This document shows positions 1-7,017 of a DNA stretch of 12,012 nucleotides, piece by piece; the first letter of the stretch is position 1, and the number at the start of each line of letters is the position of its first letter. Location of the stretch: contig JAYSWN010000079.1 of assembly GCA_043718025.1 (NCBI GenBank), forward strand, positions 1 through 12,012, given 5' to 3'. A program made the position numbers and the translations under genes. The notes beneath the pieces are model-generated. The model had not been told where the DNA came from. It searched no databases and saw nothing but the letters and a program-made list of their open reading frames with translations. This stretch comes from Pseudomonadota bacterium. Its GTDB lineage: Bacteria; Bdellovibrionota; FAC87; UBA2466.

Positions 1-394
1 TTTGTTGCCGTTGAGAACAAAAAGGCGGCGCCTTTGAAAAAGACGGTTTTAAACGATTTTTTAACGACCTTCTCACGAGTCTGGGATTTTCCGGAAAAAG
101 GGCAAAACAGAATGGTTAGCGCCAAGCTTGCTTTTTTGCTGGGGGACCAACAATCAAAGGATGCGGTTTCGTTAATTTTTTCGAAAGACTTAAAGCAGTG
201 GCCGCGCGAGGTGGATGCCAATCCGACCTGTCGGGGGGTTCAAACCGATGAACTTCAATTTCTTTAAAACGTAGCAATTAGAACCAGAGTTAAGATTGGG
301 TTAGAAAACGGCTCTGGCCTTTTATTTTCATTTCGCCTATTCCTAAAGCTTCGGTCGGGGGACCAATCACACCAGGCAAAGGGTAGGTAACAGG

Positions 395-1801
395 ATGAGC
401 GAATTAACCATGAGTTCCGCTAGTTTGGCTGAAAAAGCCGATTCAAAGTATCCACCGCAGATCAAGTACATTGTAGGCAACGAGGCGGCCGAGCGTTTTA
501 GTTATTACGGCATGAGGGCCATTTTGGTGGTCTTTATGGTGCAGTACTTGGGCATCGTTCAGCATGAAGCCAAAGGAATTTACCATCTCTTCATCAGTGC
601 CAATTACTTTCTGCCGTTGGTCGGCGGCTACCTTTCTGACCGGTTCTTAGGAAAGTACCGAACGATTATCTATCTTTCGGTGGTTTACTGTATGGGCCAT
701 CTGGTTCTCGCTCTGTTCGAAAGTAAGACCGGGATGTACTGCGGCCTCGGCCTTGTCGCGCTGGGCGCCGGCGGCATCAAGCCGTGCGTTTCGGCGCACG
801 TGGGTGATCAGTTTACGAAAAAGAATAGTCACCTGCTTAAGAGTATTTACGAAATTTTCTACTTCTCGATCAATTTCGGATCGTTCTTCTCTACCCTACT
901 TATCCCTTGGCTACTGCCCCGTTACGGATCAGGCGTGGCCTTTGGCATCCCCGGAATTTTGATGGCGGTGGCCACCCTGGTGTTTTGGATGGGGCGGCAT
1001 CAGTACGTGCACATTCCACCCGCGGGAAAAGCGAAGAGCAGTCAATTCTTCAATATCTTTTTTTACGGGCTATTTAATCTCGGCAAAAAAAATAAGGGTG
1101 AGTCGTTTCTTGAGGTCGCCAAAGCCAAATACCCAGTCGAAAAAGTTGAGGGGGCCAAGGCCGCGGTAGACGTGTTTAAGGTTTTGATCTCGGTATCCGC
1201 CTTTTGGGCGCTGTTTGAGCAGCATGGATCAAGTTGGGTGCTGCAGGCCAAGGCGATGGATTTAACTTTCTTGGGTACGAAGTGGGAGGCTTCGCAGATT
1301 CCGGCGTTGAATCCAATCATGGTCATGATCCTCATCCCCACGTTTAGTTATGGCATCTATCCGCTGATGGAACGACTTGGCGTAAAAATGACCCCGCTGC
1401 GCCGAATTGGCGGCGGCATGTTGTTGACCGGTTTGTCCTTTGTTTTTGCCGGCGCGGTGCAAGCGGCTTTAGAAGGTGGCGCGACGGTAAGCGTGGGTTG
1501 GCAGTTTCCCCAGTACATCATTTTAACGATGGCAGAAGTGATGGTGTCGATTACCGGACTAGAATTCGCCTACACGCAAGGCCCTCGCGCGATGAAAAGC
1601 ACGATTATGAGCTTGTGGCTACTCACGGTGACGGCGGGCAACTTGTTTACCGCGGCAATCGAGTTTCTGAACAAGTTCAGCGGATCGGCCCAGTTCTACT
1701 TTTTTGCGGTCGTGATGTTCGTGATTTCTCTAATTTTCGTGGTGATGGCGAGTCGCTATCAGTACCGAAATTACGTTGAAGACGACGCAGCCACGGCCTA
1801 A
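395..1801 (+). CDS. POT/PTR2-family proton-dependent oligopeptide transporter (MFS)
   Basis: 468 aa with many hydrophobic segments. Contains the POT ExxERFxYYG motif (EAAERFSYYG), GGYLSDRFLG in the TM2-3 loop, the PTR2 signature GAGGIKPCVSAHVGDQF, FYFSINFGS, and a C-terminal AEVMVSITGLEFAYTQGP. A start at 410 is also possible. Confidence 0.95.
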   Translation: MSELTMSSASLAEKADSKYPPQIKYIVGNEAAERFSYYGMRAILVVFMVQYLGIVQHEAKGIYHLFISANYFLPLVGGYLSDRFLGKYRTIIYLSVVYCMGHLVLALFESKTGMYCGLGLVALGAGGIKPCVSAHVGDQFTKKNSHLLKSIYEIFYFSINFGSFFSTLLIPWLLPRYGSGVAFGIPGILMAVATLVFWMGRHQYVHIPPAGKAKSSQFFNIFFYGLFNLGKKNKGESFLEVAKAKYPVEKVEGAKAAVDVFKVLISVSAFWALFEQHGSSWVLQAKAMDLTFLGTKWEASQIPALNPIMVMILIPTFSYGIYPLMERLGVKMTPLRRIGGGMLLTGLSFVFAGAVQAALEGGATVSVGWQFPQYIILTMAEVMVSITGLEFAYTQGPRAMKSTIMSLWLLTVTAGNLFTAAIEFLNKFSGSAQFYFFAVVMFVISLIFVVMASRYQYRNYVEDDAATA

Positions 1802-1817
1802 TTGACGATTAAAATTT

Positions 1818-1851
1818 AAGGGCGATCCTCCTTGAGGATCGCCCTTTTTTT
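1818..1851 (+). terminator. Rho-independent terminator, possibly bidirectional
   Basis: Perfect 13-bp inverted repeat AAGGGCGATCCTC-ctt-GAGGATCGCCCTT running into T7 (1845-1851), 16 nt after the transporter stop. The A-rich tract on the left (AAAATTTAA) could serve the convergent minus-strand gene that ends at 1866. Confidence 0.9.
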
Positions 1852-1865
1852 ATGGGTGGTGTGGT

Positions 1866-2387
1866 TTATTGTGGTTTCAAAATGCTGGGCAGGCGTGCGG
1901 CAATTCTATTAAGCTCGTAAGTGTTGCCTGCGATCACGACATCATTTCCCTTTAAATCCCATAGATGGCGCAAACAGACCGCGCGTACAGCGGTAACGGT
2001 AGTGTTGGACTCGGCGCACTGTTTAAAAAAACTGGCGGCAACTTCTGTGTTTTCCCCGCCTGCGCGGGCGAGATCCACCATTTTAGAAAAACTGTCTAGG
2101 CCGTCCATGAGGGCTGGCGGCGCATAGTGTCCGTTTCCTTGAACAGCAGCGCGGACCACCTCAGTGGAAGGCACTTCGGACATCGCGGCCTGCTTTAATA
2201 GCTGCGGCGTAGCGTGTTGAGCCATGGGATAAGTTTTGCGGCGAAGAGCGGGACGGCCCGGACGGCGAACGAGGCCGGGTGCCTTAACGTCGGGCCCGGC
2301 GGCGGGATTAATTTGTTCCCAAACGCACGAGTGTAGCGAGACGGCGATGAGGGTAAAACCAGCAAACACAAAAAAGGTAGATTTCAT
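1866..2387 (-). CDS. Hypothetical exported or membrane-anchored protein (173 aa), possible lipoprotein
   Basis: Start re-called at ATG 2387, which overlaps the upstream stop as ATGA (2387-2384). MKSTFFVFAGFTLIAVSLHSC is a signal/anchor with a weak lipobox. A Pro/Arg-rich linker follows, then a helical C-terminal part with two Cys (KQC...AVC). Confidence 0.75.
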   Translation of the reverse strand: MKSTFFVFAGFTLIAVSLHSCVWEQINPAAGPDVKAPGLVRRPGRPALRRKTYPMAQHATPQLLKQAAMSEVPSTEVVRAAVQGNGHYAPPALMDGLDSFSKMVDLARAGGENTEVAASFFKQCAESNTTVTAVRAVCLRHLWDLKGNDVVIAGNTYELNRIAARLPSILKPQ

Positions 2388-3313
2388 CGGGTAAATCCTT
2401 CTGGGCGGTCGTCTTGGGATTCGGCATTGGGCAGTACTCGCGACTCGTAGTCCGCTTGTAGGCGCATCATGCCGTCGATATCTTTCGTGCTGCAGCTGGT
2501 ACAAGCCTCGATAAATTTTTTGGTGATGGTGGCCTGAACTGAATAAGGCCCGTTTGAGTATATCTCGCAGGCCGCATGGTCTTTATAGGTGCCGCTGGTG
2601 CAAACTTCGTGGGGGAATGCCGCGTGCTTGCCGTGTCCATCGGAGTGTCGGGCTTCGTGCATCATTACGGCGAGTCGCAAAAGGGAATTGACCATCGAGC
2701 CGGTTTCAGAGCCGGGAATCTTATTGGCGGTGAAAAGACCTTCGCCGACCTGAATGATACCGTCGCGCGGGGAGTTGATCGAAAGATCACTGCCGAAAAC
2801 GTTGATCGTGATCAATTCCGAATCGGGGCGAGAAATTAAATAGAGGTAGGCACCTACATTGGTCATGACGGTGACCACTTCAGAGAGCTGTTGAGGTTTA
2901 ACCGGATAGGTATGTCCGACGCCGCGGTTGCCTAAGGAAGCATAAACCGTGGTTTTTTTGCTGTCGCGTTTGGAGACGGTTGGGTTTTTGTAGTCGTATT
3001 TTTCGCCGACCAAATACCTGACCCTGGTCTTCATGTACTGCACGAGGCTGGTTCCGGAAAATTCTTTAATACCAACGGTGCAACTGTCTTCAGTATTTTC
3101 GGAGAGGTTCACTCTGCCGAGAAGGGCGAGATCTTTTTTCAGTTGACTCTGTTGTTCTGGTGGGACCGTCGAGTCCATATAAATGTCGGAGGCATCGGCA
3201 TTTGAGCCGAAGCTCTGGAGGGCCGCGGGCTCATAGCAGTTTTTTTTTCCGCAGCCGGTCAACGCCAATACGGCGAGAGATAATAAAATTAACGAGCGCA
3301 ACATTTTCCACAT
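2384..3313 (-). CDS. Lipoprotein with a HExxH zinc-metallopeptidase (zincin)-like motif
   Basis: Signal peptide with a clear lipobox (MWKMLRSLILLSLAVLALTG-C). LAVMMHEARHSDGHGKHAAFPH gives HExxH after a hydrophobic helix plus further His. Six additional Cys. Start is either ATG 3313 or ATG 3304 rather than the TTG at 3328. Confidence 0.8.
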   Translation of the reverse strand: MWKMLRSLILLSLAVLALTGCGKKNCYEPAALQSFGSNADASDIYMDSTVPPEQQSQLKKDLALLGRVNLSENTEDSCTVGIKEFSGTSLVQYMKTRVRYLVGEKYDYKNPTVSKRDSKKTTVYASLGNRGVGHTYPVKPQQLSEVVTVMTNVGAYLYLISRPDSELITINVFGSDLSINSPRDGIIQVGEGLFTANKIPGSETGSMVNSLLRLAVMMHEARHSDGHGKHAAFPHEVCTSGTYKDHAACEIYSNGPYSVQATITKKFIEACTSCSTKDIDGMMRLQADYESRVLPNAESQDDRPEGFTR

Positions 3314-3373
3314 CCCCACTGGCCTCAATCAAGGCTTGCTGCCGATTCCCCAACCGGCAGGCGAATCCGTACT

Positions 3374-3391
3374 GTGCAAGCAAAAGACCAA
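3374..3391 (-). promoter_or_regulatory. Putative sigma-54 (-24/-12) promoter of the peptidase pair
   Basis: The minus strand reads TTGGTCTTTTGCTTGCAC, giving GG-N10-GC with TTGCA at -12, about 60 nt upstream of ATG 3313. Confidence 0.45.
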
Positions 3392-3412
3392 TGTCGCTGA
3401 ACTGGACAGTGG
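3392..3412. promoter_or_regulatory. Candidate operator/UAS, copy 1 (TGTC-N7-TGGACAGTGG)
   Basis: TGTCgctgaacTGGACAGTGG contains the palindromic core TGTC-N9-GACA. A second copy lies at 3934-3954. Confidence 0.4.
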
Positions 3413-3574
3413 TCAAAGGAAGAGGCGGAGTGCCCTTTTTGGGCGCTTTTCGGGCGCAAATGGGAAATTTATTTCAATGAAGGGGATTCTTTGTGATGTT
3501 TAGTGGAAAGGGGGACTTCGGGGCTGGTGCTATCTAATCGGCGGTGGCGCTGATTTTTAAAAAGTGACCGCAGG

Positions 3575-3865
3575 CTAGCGGCCGATGCGAATAATCGGAG
3601 TGTCGCCGGCGCTACGGCGATCGTAGAGTTTTGGGCGGGTAGGGGTGGTGGGGCCGAGTTGCCCTGGGTTTTTCTTTTCCTTAGCGAGCTTGGTCTGGGT
3701 TGCGGCTGAGGACTCCGCATTTTTCTGATTGCGCTCATCGACCCACTTTAGCCACGCTTCGTGGGTCATTCCGGGAGGGTCGAACTGGCAGGCTAGCAAA
3801 GGCCCGGCGGCGCCAATCGCCGCCACGGCTAGCAGGCTAAGGCCTAATTGACTTAAGCGTTTCAT
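3575..3865 (-). CDS. Small hypothetical exported protein (96 aa), possible lipoprotein
   Basis: Start re-called at ATG 3865. MKRLSQLGLSLLAVAAIGAAGPLLA-C is a signal peptide with an LLAC lipobox, followed by a short helix and a low-complexity basic tail. Confidence 0.7.
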   Translation of the reverse strand: MKRLSQLGLSLLAVAAIGAAGPLLACQFDPPGMTHEAWLKWVDERNQKNAESSAATQTKLAKEKKNPGQLGPTTPTRPKLYDRRSAGDTPIIRIGR

Positions 3866-3876
3866 ACCGAGATTAA

Positions 3877-3894
3877 GTGCAATCGAGCCGCCAA
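3877..3894 (-). promoter_or_regulatory. Putative sigma-54 (-24/-12) promoter, near-leaderless
   Basis: The minus strand reads TTGGCGGCTCGATTGCAC (TGGC...TTGCA, GG-N10-GC). The predicted +1 near 3867 is about 2 nt before ATG 3865, and there is no Shine-Dalgarno sequence. Confidence 0.55.
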
Positions 3895-3933
3895 AAAAGG
3901 GCACCGTTTTGATAGAAAAATTAAAAGCCGGGG

Positions 3934-3954
3934 TGTCTAACTTATGGACAGTGG
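3934..3954. promoter_or_regulatory. Candidate operator/UAS, copy 2 (TGTC-N7-TGGACAGTGG)
   Basis: TGTCtaacttaTGGACAGTGG has the same fixed positions and spacing as 3392-3412, with an imperfect palindrome TGTCTA-N5-TGGACA. Confidence 0.4.
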
Positions 3955-4188
3955 CGACCACGCGCGACAACGCTATAGAAAAAGCTATCTCTTTATAAGG
4001 TGGAAATTAACAGCGGACTCACCGAGTGTCGCCTAATGCTTCGAACAATATTTGTTCCGTTTTTCTCATCGAGAAAAAAAGGCGTGGTGACAAACTTTGC
4101 ATCTATTCACTGAGTTTTTGATTTGGTACAGTGCGTCGTGCCCATTATTTCTTGGGCCGTCTCAATGAAAAAATTTAGGGTGTAGCGA

Positions 4189-4824
4189 ATGCGGGCTAAT
4201 CAGTTTAAAGCGAAAAAAATCAGATTGCGAATCCTTGGCGCCATCTCCAGTTTGGTGATCGGTCTGTTTTACGTCACCGGTTGCGGCCGCGAGGCCAAGA
4301 TAAACCTCATCGATAACTACAAACCCACGCCGGTAGTGCTGGCCGCTCCTGAAAATTCAATTCGCCAATCTAATAATGGTGGTTTTTCAACCGACCTCAA
4401 TAAGGCCGAGGCTTCGCTTCAAGTGAGCCCGATCGACGACCCTAGCACCTTCGCCGAAGTGGCTTTTGTTACCGCTGACGTTTTGGAATGCAGCGCCAAA
4501 CACAAATCAGAACATTTAATTGAAGTAAGCTTGCGCTTTTCGAGCGTCGGTAAAGGATCAGTTGGCGTGGTCTACACTTCAGAAGTCGATCGCGGCAACT
4601 CAGCGATTCAGTACTTTGCCTCGAAGGAAATAAAACGCGTCGCCTACCAAGATTCAGGACGCCGAAACTTTACGGCTACTACCGATGCAACCGTTTGCAG
4701 TTTTAAAACCGCCCTGGTCCAGGGAAAAGAAGTGAGGGCGTTCATGAACTGCTCTCTACGGGGCGTTACCGAAAACATTCACCTTAACGGATACTTTTCT
4801 TGCCAAGTTTTAGGAGCCATCTAA
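4189..4824 (+). CDS. Hypothetical lipoprotein (211 aa), beta-rich with four extra Cys
   Basis: Basic N-terminus, hydrophobic core and lipobox VTG-C. The mature part has alternating beta-strand patterns and four Cys. Its TAA overlaps the next ATG (TAATG, 4822-4826). Confidence 0.8.
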   Translation: MRANQFKAKKIRLRILGAISSLVIGLFYVTGCGREAKINLIDNYKPTPVVLAAPENSIRQSNNGGFSTDLNKAEASLQVSPIDDPSTFAEVAFVTADVLECSAKHKSEHLIEVSLRFSSVGKGSVGVVYTSEVDRGNSAIQYFASKEIKRVAYQDSGRRNFTATTDATVCSFKTALVQGKEVRAFMNCSLRGVTENIHLNGYFSCQVLGAI

Positions 4825-6338
4825 TGAAAAAACTACTCGCCGGCGTTGGTGTACTCACCCTTATTCTCGTAATCAGCTGCGGAAAGGAAAAGGAAGTACG
4901 TCCTTACAATGGTCACTTCGTCACCGCCGTTAGCCTTCATCCGGAGCTCGTGAAGAGCTTGGTAGCGGAGAAGCAGTTTGACCCCTCTCAAAACTGCGTG
5001 CAATTGGTCGAGTACTCGCGCACTCCGAACAAATCAAGCCGCTCTGACTTCTACTTGCTCTTTAGCCCCAATGCCTGCCCGGCGAATAACGAAACTGTCG
5101 AACAGTTTGCCTTCGCCTCGGAAGTTCAGGGTCTTGAGCAAAAGGCTAACTCGATGCGCCTGTTCAACCGTTTGAATGAGCTGGTGGCCTTCAATGCCGT
5201 TCGTCCTGAGGTGTTGTCGGGTTGGTTAGAACGTAAAGTGGAAAACGATAAAGTTTCTGGTTATTTCGTTTCTGAAATCTGCAATTTTTCTATCATTCCT
5301 AAAACGACGAGCATCTCGGGCTGTGAACTACGAATTGAAAATGGCCGTTTCGCCATCCCGCGCGACACCTCGTTGACCGCTAAGCACGATCAAGATGAGC
5401 GAACTGCCCTTGATCAGCAGCGCACTTCGAAGGCCGCCGCCGATGAGAGCCGCGAAGACGTGATTGCGCACTCCAACGCGCTCCATGACGTGCAGGTAAA
5501 TCTTATTAATCAACGTTTCACCGAATTGAGCAATTACTTGGTGAAGTCGTTCGGCGATGTAAACCAAAACATCGATACCACTCGTACTGAAATTCAAAAA
5601 CAGATTAAACGTTTGGATAAAAAGATTGCTAAACAGTTTTGGGCTCAACTCAAACGCTTGAACGAGGTTGAAAAGAAAGTGCTCACTGACCTCTCGAAAA
5701 AGATTGAAGATGAGGCTAAGGCCACCAACACCTTGGTGTTGGCGCTCAAAGATGATGTGAAAGCGCTGGACGACAAAGTGGATAAGAACAACAAAGAGCA
5801 AGTGGCAACTCTCGATAAGTTGAAAACTGCGCTCGATGGCCTGTCGACGGCGGTGGGCGACGTGCGAAATGACATCGCCAAGGCGGTGGGTGACGTGCGA
5901 AATGACATCAACGCTTCAACTTTGGTCATTACCAAGTTGATGACCTTGGAAATGTGGATGACCAACCTAAATATCAATTTGGTCCGCCTTGGCCAGAAAG
6001 ACATGGCTAAAAAAGTGGACGCCCGCATTAAAGAACTACAAGCCTCTTCTGCCGAAGAGACTAAACGCGCCTTGGCACGGACTAGCGCCCATTTTGACCT
6101 TTTTAAGATGATTGAAACCGAGTTGGAAAAGCTCGGGGATAGCCGCGTTAAGAATGCGCTGAGCGAGCTAAAGAGGTCGAATTCGACTTACCAAAAACAG
6201 ATTGCCGATCTGACGAAGGCGGTTGAGGCATTGGATAAGAAAGAGGTAGCGCCTCTTCCTCGTGAAGTGCCGCAAGAATTGCCGCCCGCAATTCCGCCCG
6301 CAATTCCGAAGGATGAAGAGATTCCGCAAACCAAATAA
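4824..6338 (+). CDS. Hypothetical lipoprotein (504 aa): N-terminal globular domain, long coiled-coil/amphipathic helical region, Pro-rich tail
   Basis: Start re-called at ATG 4824 (RBS AGGAG at 4812-4816). MKKLLAGVGVLTLILVIS-C lipobox, four Cys in the N-domain, roughly 300 aa of K/E/L/A-rich helix, and the tail PLPREVPQELPPAIPPAIP. Confidence 0.85.
   Translation: MKKLLAGVGVLTLILVISCGKEKEVRPYNGHFVTAVSLHPELVKSLVAEKQFDPSQNCVQLVEYSRTPNKSSRSDFYLLFSPNACPANNETVEQFAFASEVQGLEQKANSMRLFNRLNELVAFNAVRPEVLSGWLERKVENDKVSGYFVSEICNFSIIPKTTSISGCELRIENGRFAIPRDTSLTAKHDQDERTALDQQRTSKAAADESREDVIAHSNALHDVQVNLINQRFTELSNYLVKSFGDVNQNIDTTRTEIQKQIKRLDKKIAKQFWAQLKRLNEVEKKVLTDLSKKIEDEAKATNTLVLALKDDVKALDDKVDKNNKEQVATLDKLKTALDGLSTAVGDVRNDIAKAVGDVRNDINASTLVITKLMTLEMWMTNLNINLVRLGQKDMAKKVDARIKELQASSAEETKRALARTSAHFDLFKMIETELEKLGDSRVKNALSELKRSNSTYQKQIADLTKAVEALDKKEVAPLPREVPQELPPAIPPAIPKDEEIPQTK
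5849..5909 (+). repeat. 33-bp-period intragenic tandem duplication (AVGDVRNDI x2)
   Basis: GGCGGTGGGCGACGTGCGAAATGACATC (5849-5876) and GGCGGTGGGTGACGTGCGAAATGACATC (5882-5909) are 27/28 identical, with a period of 33 nt (11 codons). Confidence 0.95.
6282..6308 (+). repeat. 12-bp intragenic tandem repeat (PPAI x2)
   Basis: CCGCCCGCAATT x2 plus CCG, in frame in the Pro-rich tail. Confidence 0.9.
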
Positions 6339-6358
6339 AGCAATCATCAACAACTTGA

Positions 6359-6383
6359 TGTGGGTACCGTAAAGGTGCCCACA
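6359..6383 (+). other. Intercistronic RNA stem-loop without a U-tract
   Basis: TGTGGGTACC-gtaaa-GGTGCCCACA forms a 10-bp stem with one U-G wobble in the 67-nt gap between the lipoprotein genes and the barrel gene. Confidence 0.6.
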
Positions 6384-6405
6384 CCGTATAAAGGGGCCTT
6401 AGGCC

Positions 6406-7017
6406 ATGAAGTTTTCGTTCTTTCTCATTTCACTGATTACGCTTGGGCTGCAGACGGTAGCCTTTGCGGATCCCACTTCCGAGCAGCTTTACTACGAGTT
6501 GGATCGTACGTTTCCCAAGAAGCCATGGCAGGCAGATCTTGCTTTTGCTTATGATTTTAATAATCCGTTTATCAGCGTGCTAGGCATCCAGGCTGGGCTA
6601 TCTCGGTCGGTAAGCCCTTTCTTGAATGTCGGCGTAACCGGCGACTTCTTTTCCACCACTCCAAAGCAGATTGCCAGTGTGATAGACGCGCAGCTGACTC
6701 GTCATAATGAAACGCTAACCGTTGAAAAACCTGAGTTCGTGGTGGCCGCGCAGGCAAAGCTCATTCCGTTAATGGGTTACATCAATCTGTTTTCAAAAGA
6801 CGTTTTAAATACTGAAATCGGTCCGGTGCTGCGCGCCGGGGTGTCGAAATACCAGGGGCGCGACTTGGGGCCGTTGTTTGGCATCGGCATGGACGTGAAC
6901 ATGGAATCACGCTCGGGTTTTGGGATGCACTTTTCGGTGATTGCCGACTGGGAAAAAGTGAATGGCGAGTTTATGTCGCGCATCGGCATTCGCGTGGGCC
7001 CCTCACTTAGGTTTTAA
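6406..7017 (+). CDS. Small outer-membrane beta-barrel protein, GltA/GltB-like (myxobacterial/Bdellovibrio OMP family)
   Basis: Sec signal ending AFA-D, alternating amphipathic strands, and a terminal Phe (RIGIRVGPSLRF). NNPF..LG and KLIPLMGYINLFSKDVLNTE resemble the N-D-P-F and W-x-P-x-Y-G-K-x-x-x-F blocks I recall for GltA/B-type barrels. Confidence 0.75.
   Translation: MKFSFFLISLITLGLQTVAFADPTSEQLYYELDRTFPKKPWQADLAFAYDFNNPFISVLGIQAGLSRSVSPFLNVGVTGDFFSTTPKQIASVIDAQLTRHNETLTVEKPEFVVAAQAKLIPLMGYINLFSKDVLNTEIGPVLRAGVSKYQGRDLGPLFGIGMDVNMESRSGFGMHFSVIADWEKVNGEFMSRIGIRVGPSLRF

Noticed and set aside
90..135. GGCAAAAC...GCGCCAAGC faintly resembling a c-di-GMP-I riboswitch
   Set aside because: No GNRA-capped stem or supporting pairing could be built. 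An Infernal/Rfam search would settle it.
206..221. Minus-strand TTGGCATCCACCTCGC (GG-N10-GC), sigma-54-like
   Set aside because: The -12 element is TCGC rather than TTGC, and any target gene would lie outside the window.
34..267. 77-aa plus-strand ORF
   Set aside because: TTG start, no recognisable motif or signal peptide, and no convincing RBS. Probably intergenic sequence, though it cannot be excluded.
2388..2504. N-terminal extension of the 1866-2504 ORF (likewise the extensions to 3970, 4800, 7491 and 11496)
   Set aside because: Internal ATGs give better signal peptides, RBSs or stop/start overlaps.
3160..3738. ORFs 3160-3480, 3231-3416 and 3469-3738
   Set aside because: They overlap better-supported genes and promoter motifs, and their composition is not protein-like.
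3430..3904. 11-bp inverted repeat (GTGCCCTTTTT at 3430-3440 / AAAAAGGGCAC at 3894-3904) flanking the small gene, as a possible MITE or invertible segment
   Set aside because: Short and partly homopolymeric, with no target-site duplication seen and no recombinase nearby.
4085..4101. TGGTGACAAACTTTGCA as a sigma-54 promoter for the operon
   Set aside because: GG-to-GC spacing is 11 nt, not the strictly required 10.
5849..5909. 28-nt direct repeats as a CRISPR array
   Set aside because: Only two copies with a 5-nt spacer, in frame within a CDS, and no cas genes.
5328..6028. Antisense ORFs within the coiled-coil gene, and similar shadow ORFs in other genes (e.g. 10314-10748, 11270-11617)
   Set aside because: Typical antisense shadows of real CDSs, with no motifs or RBS.
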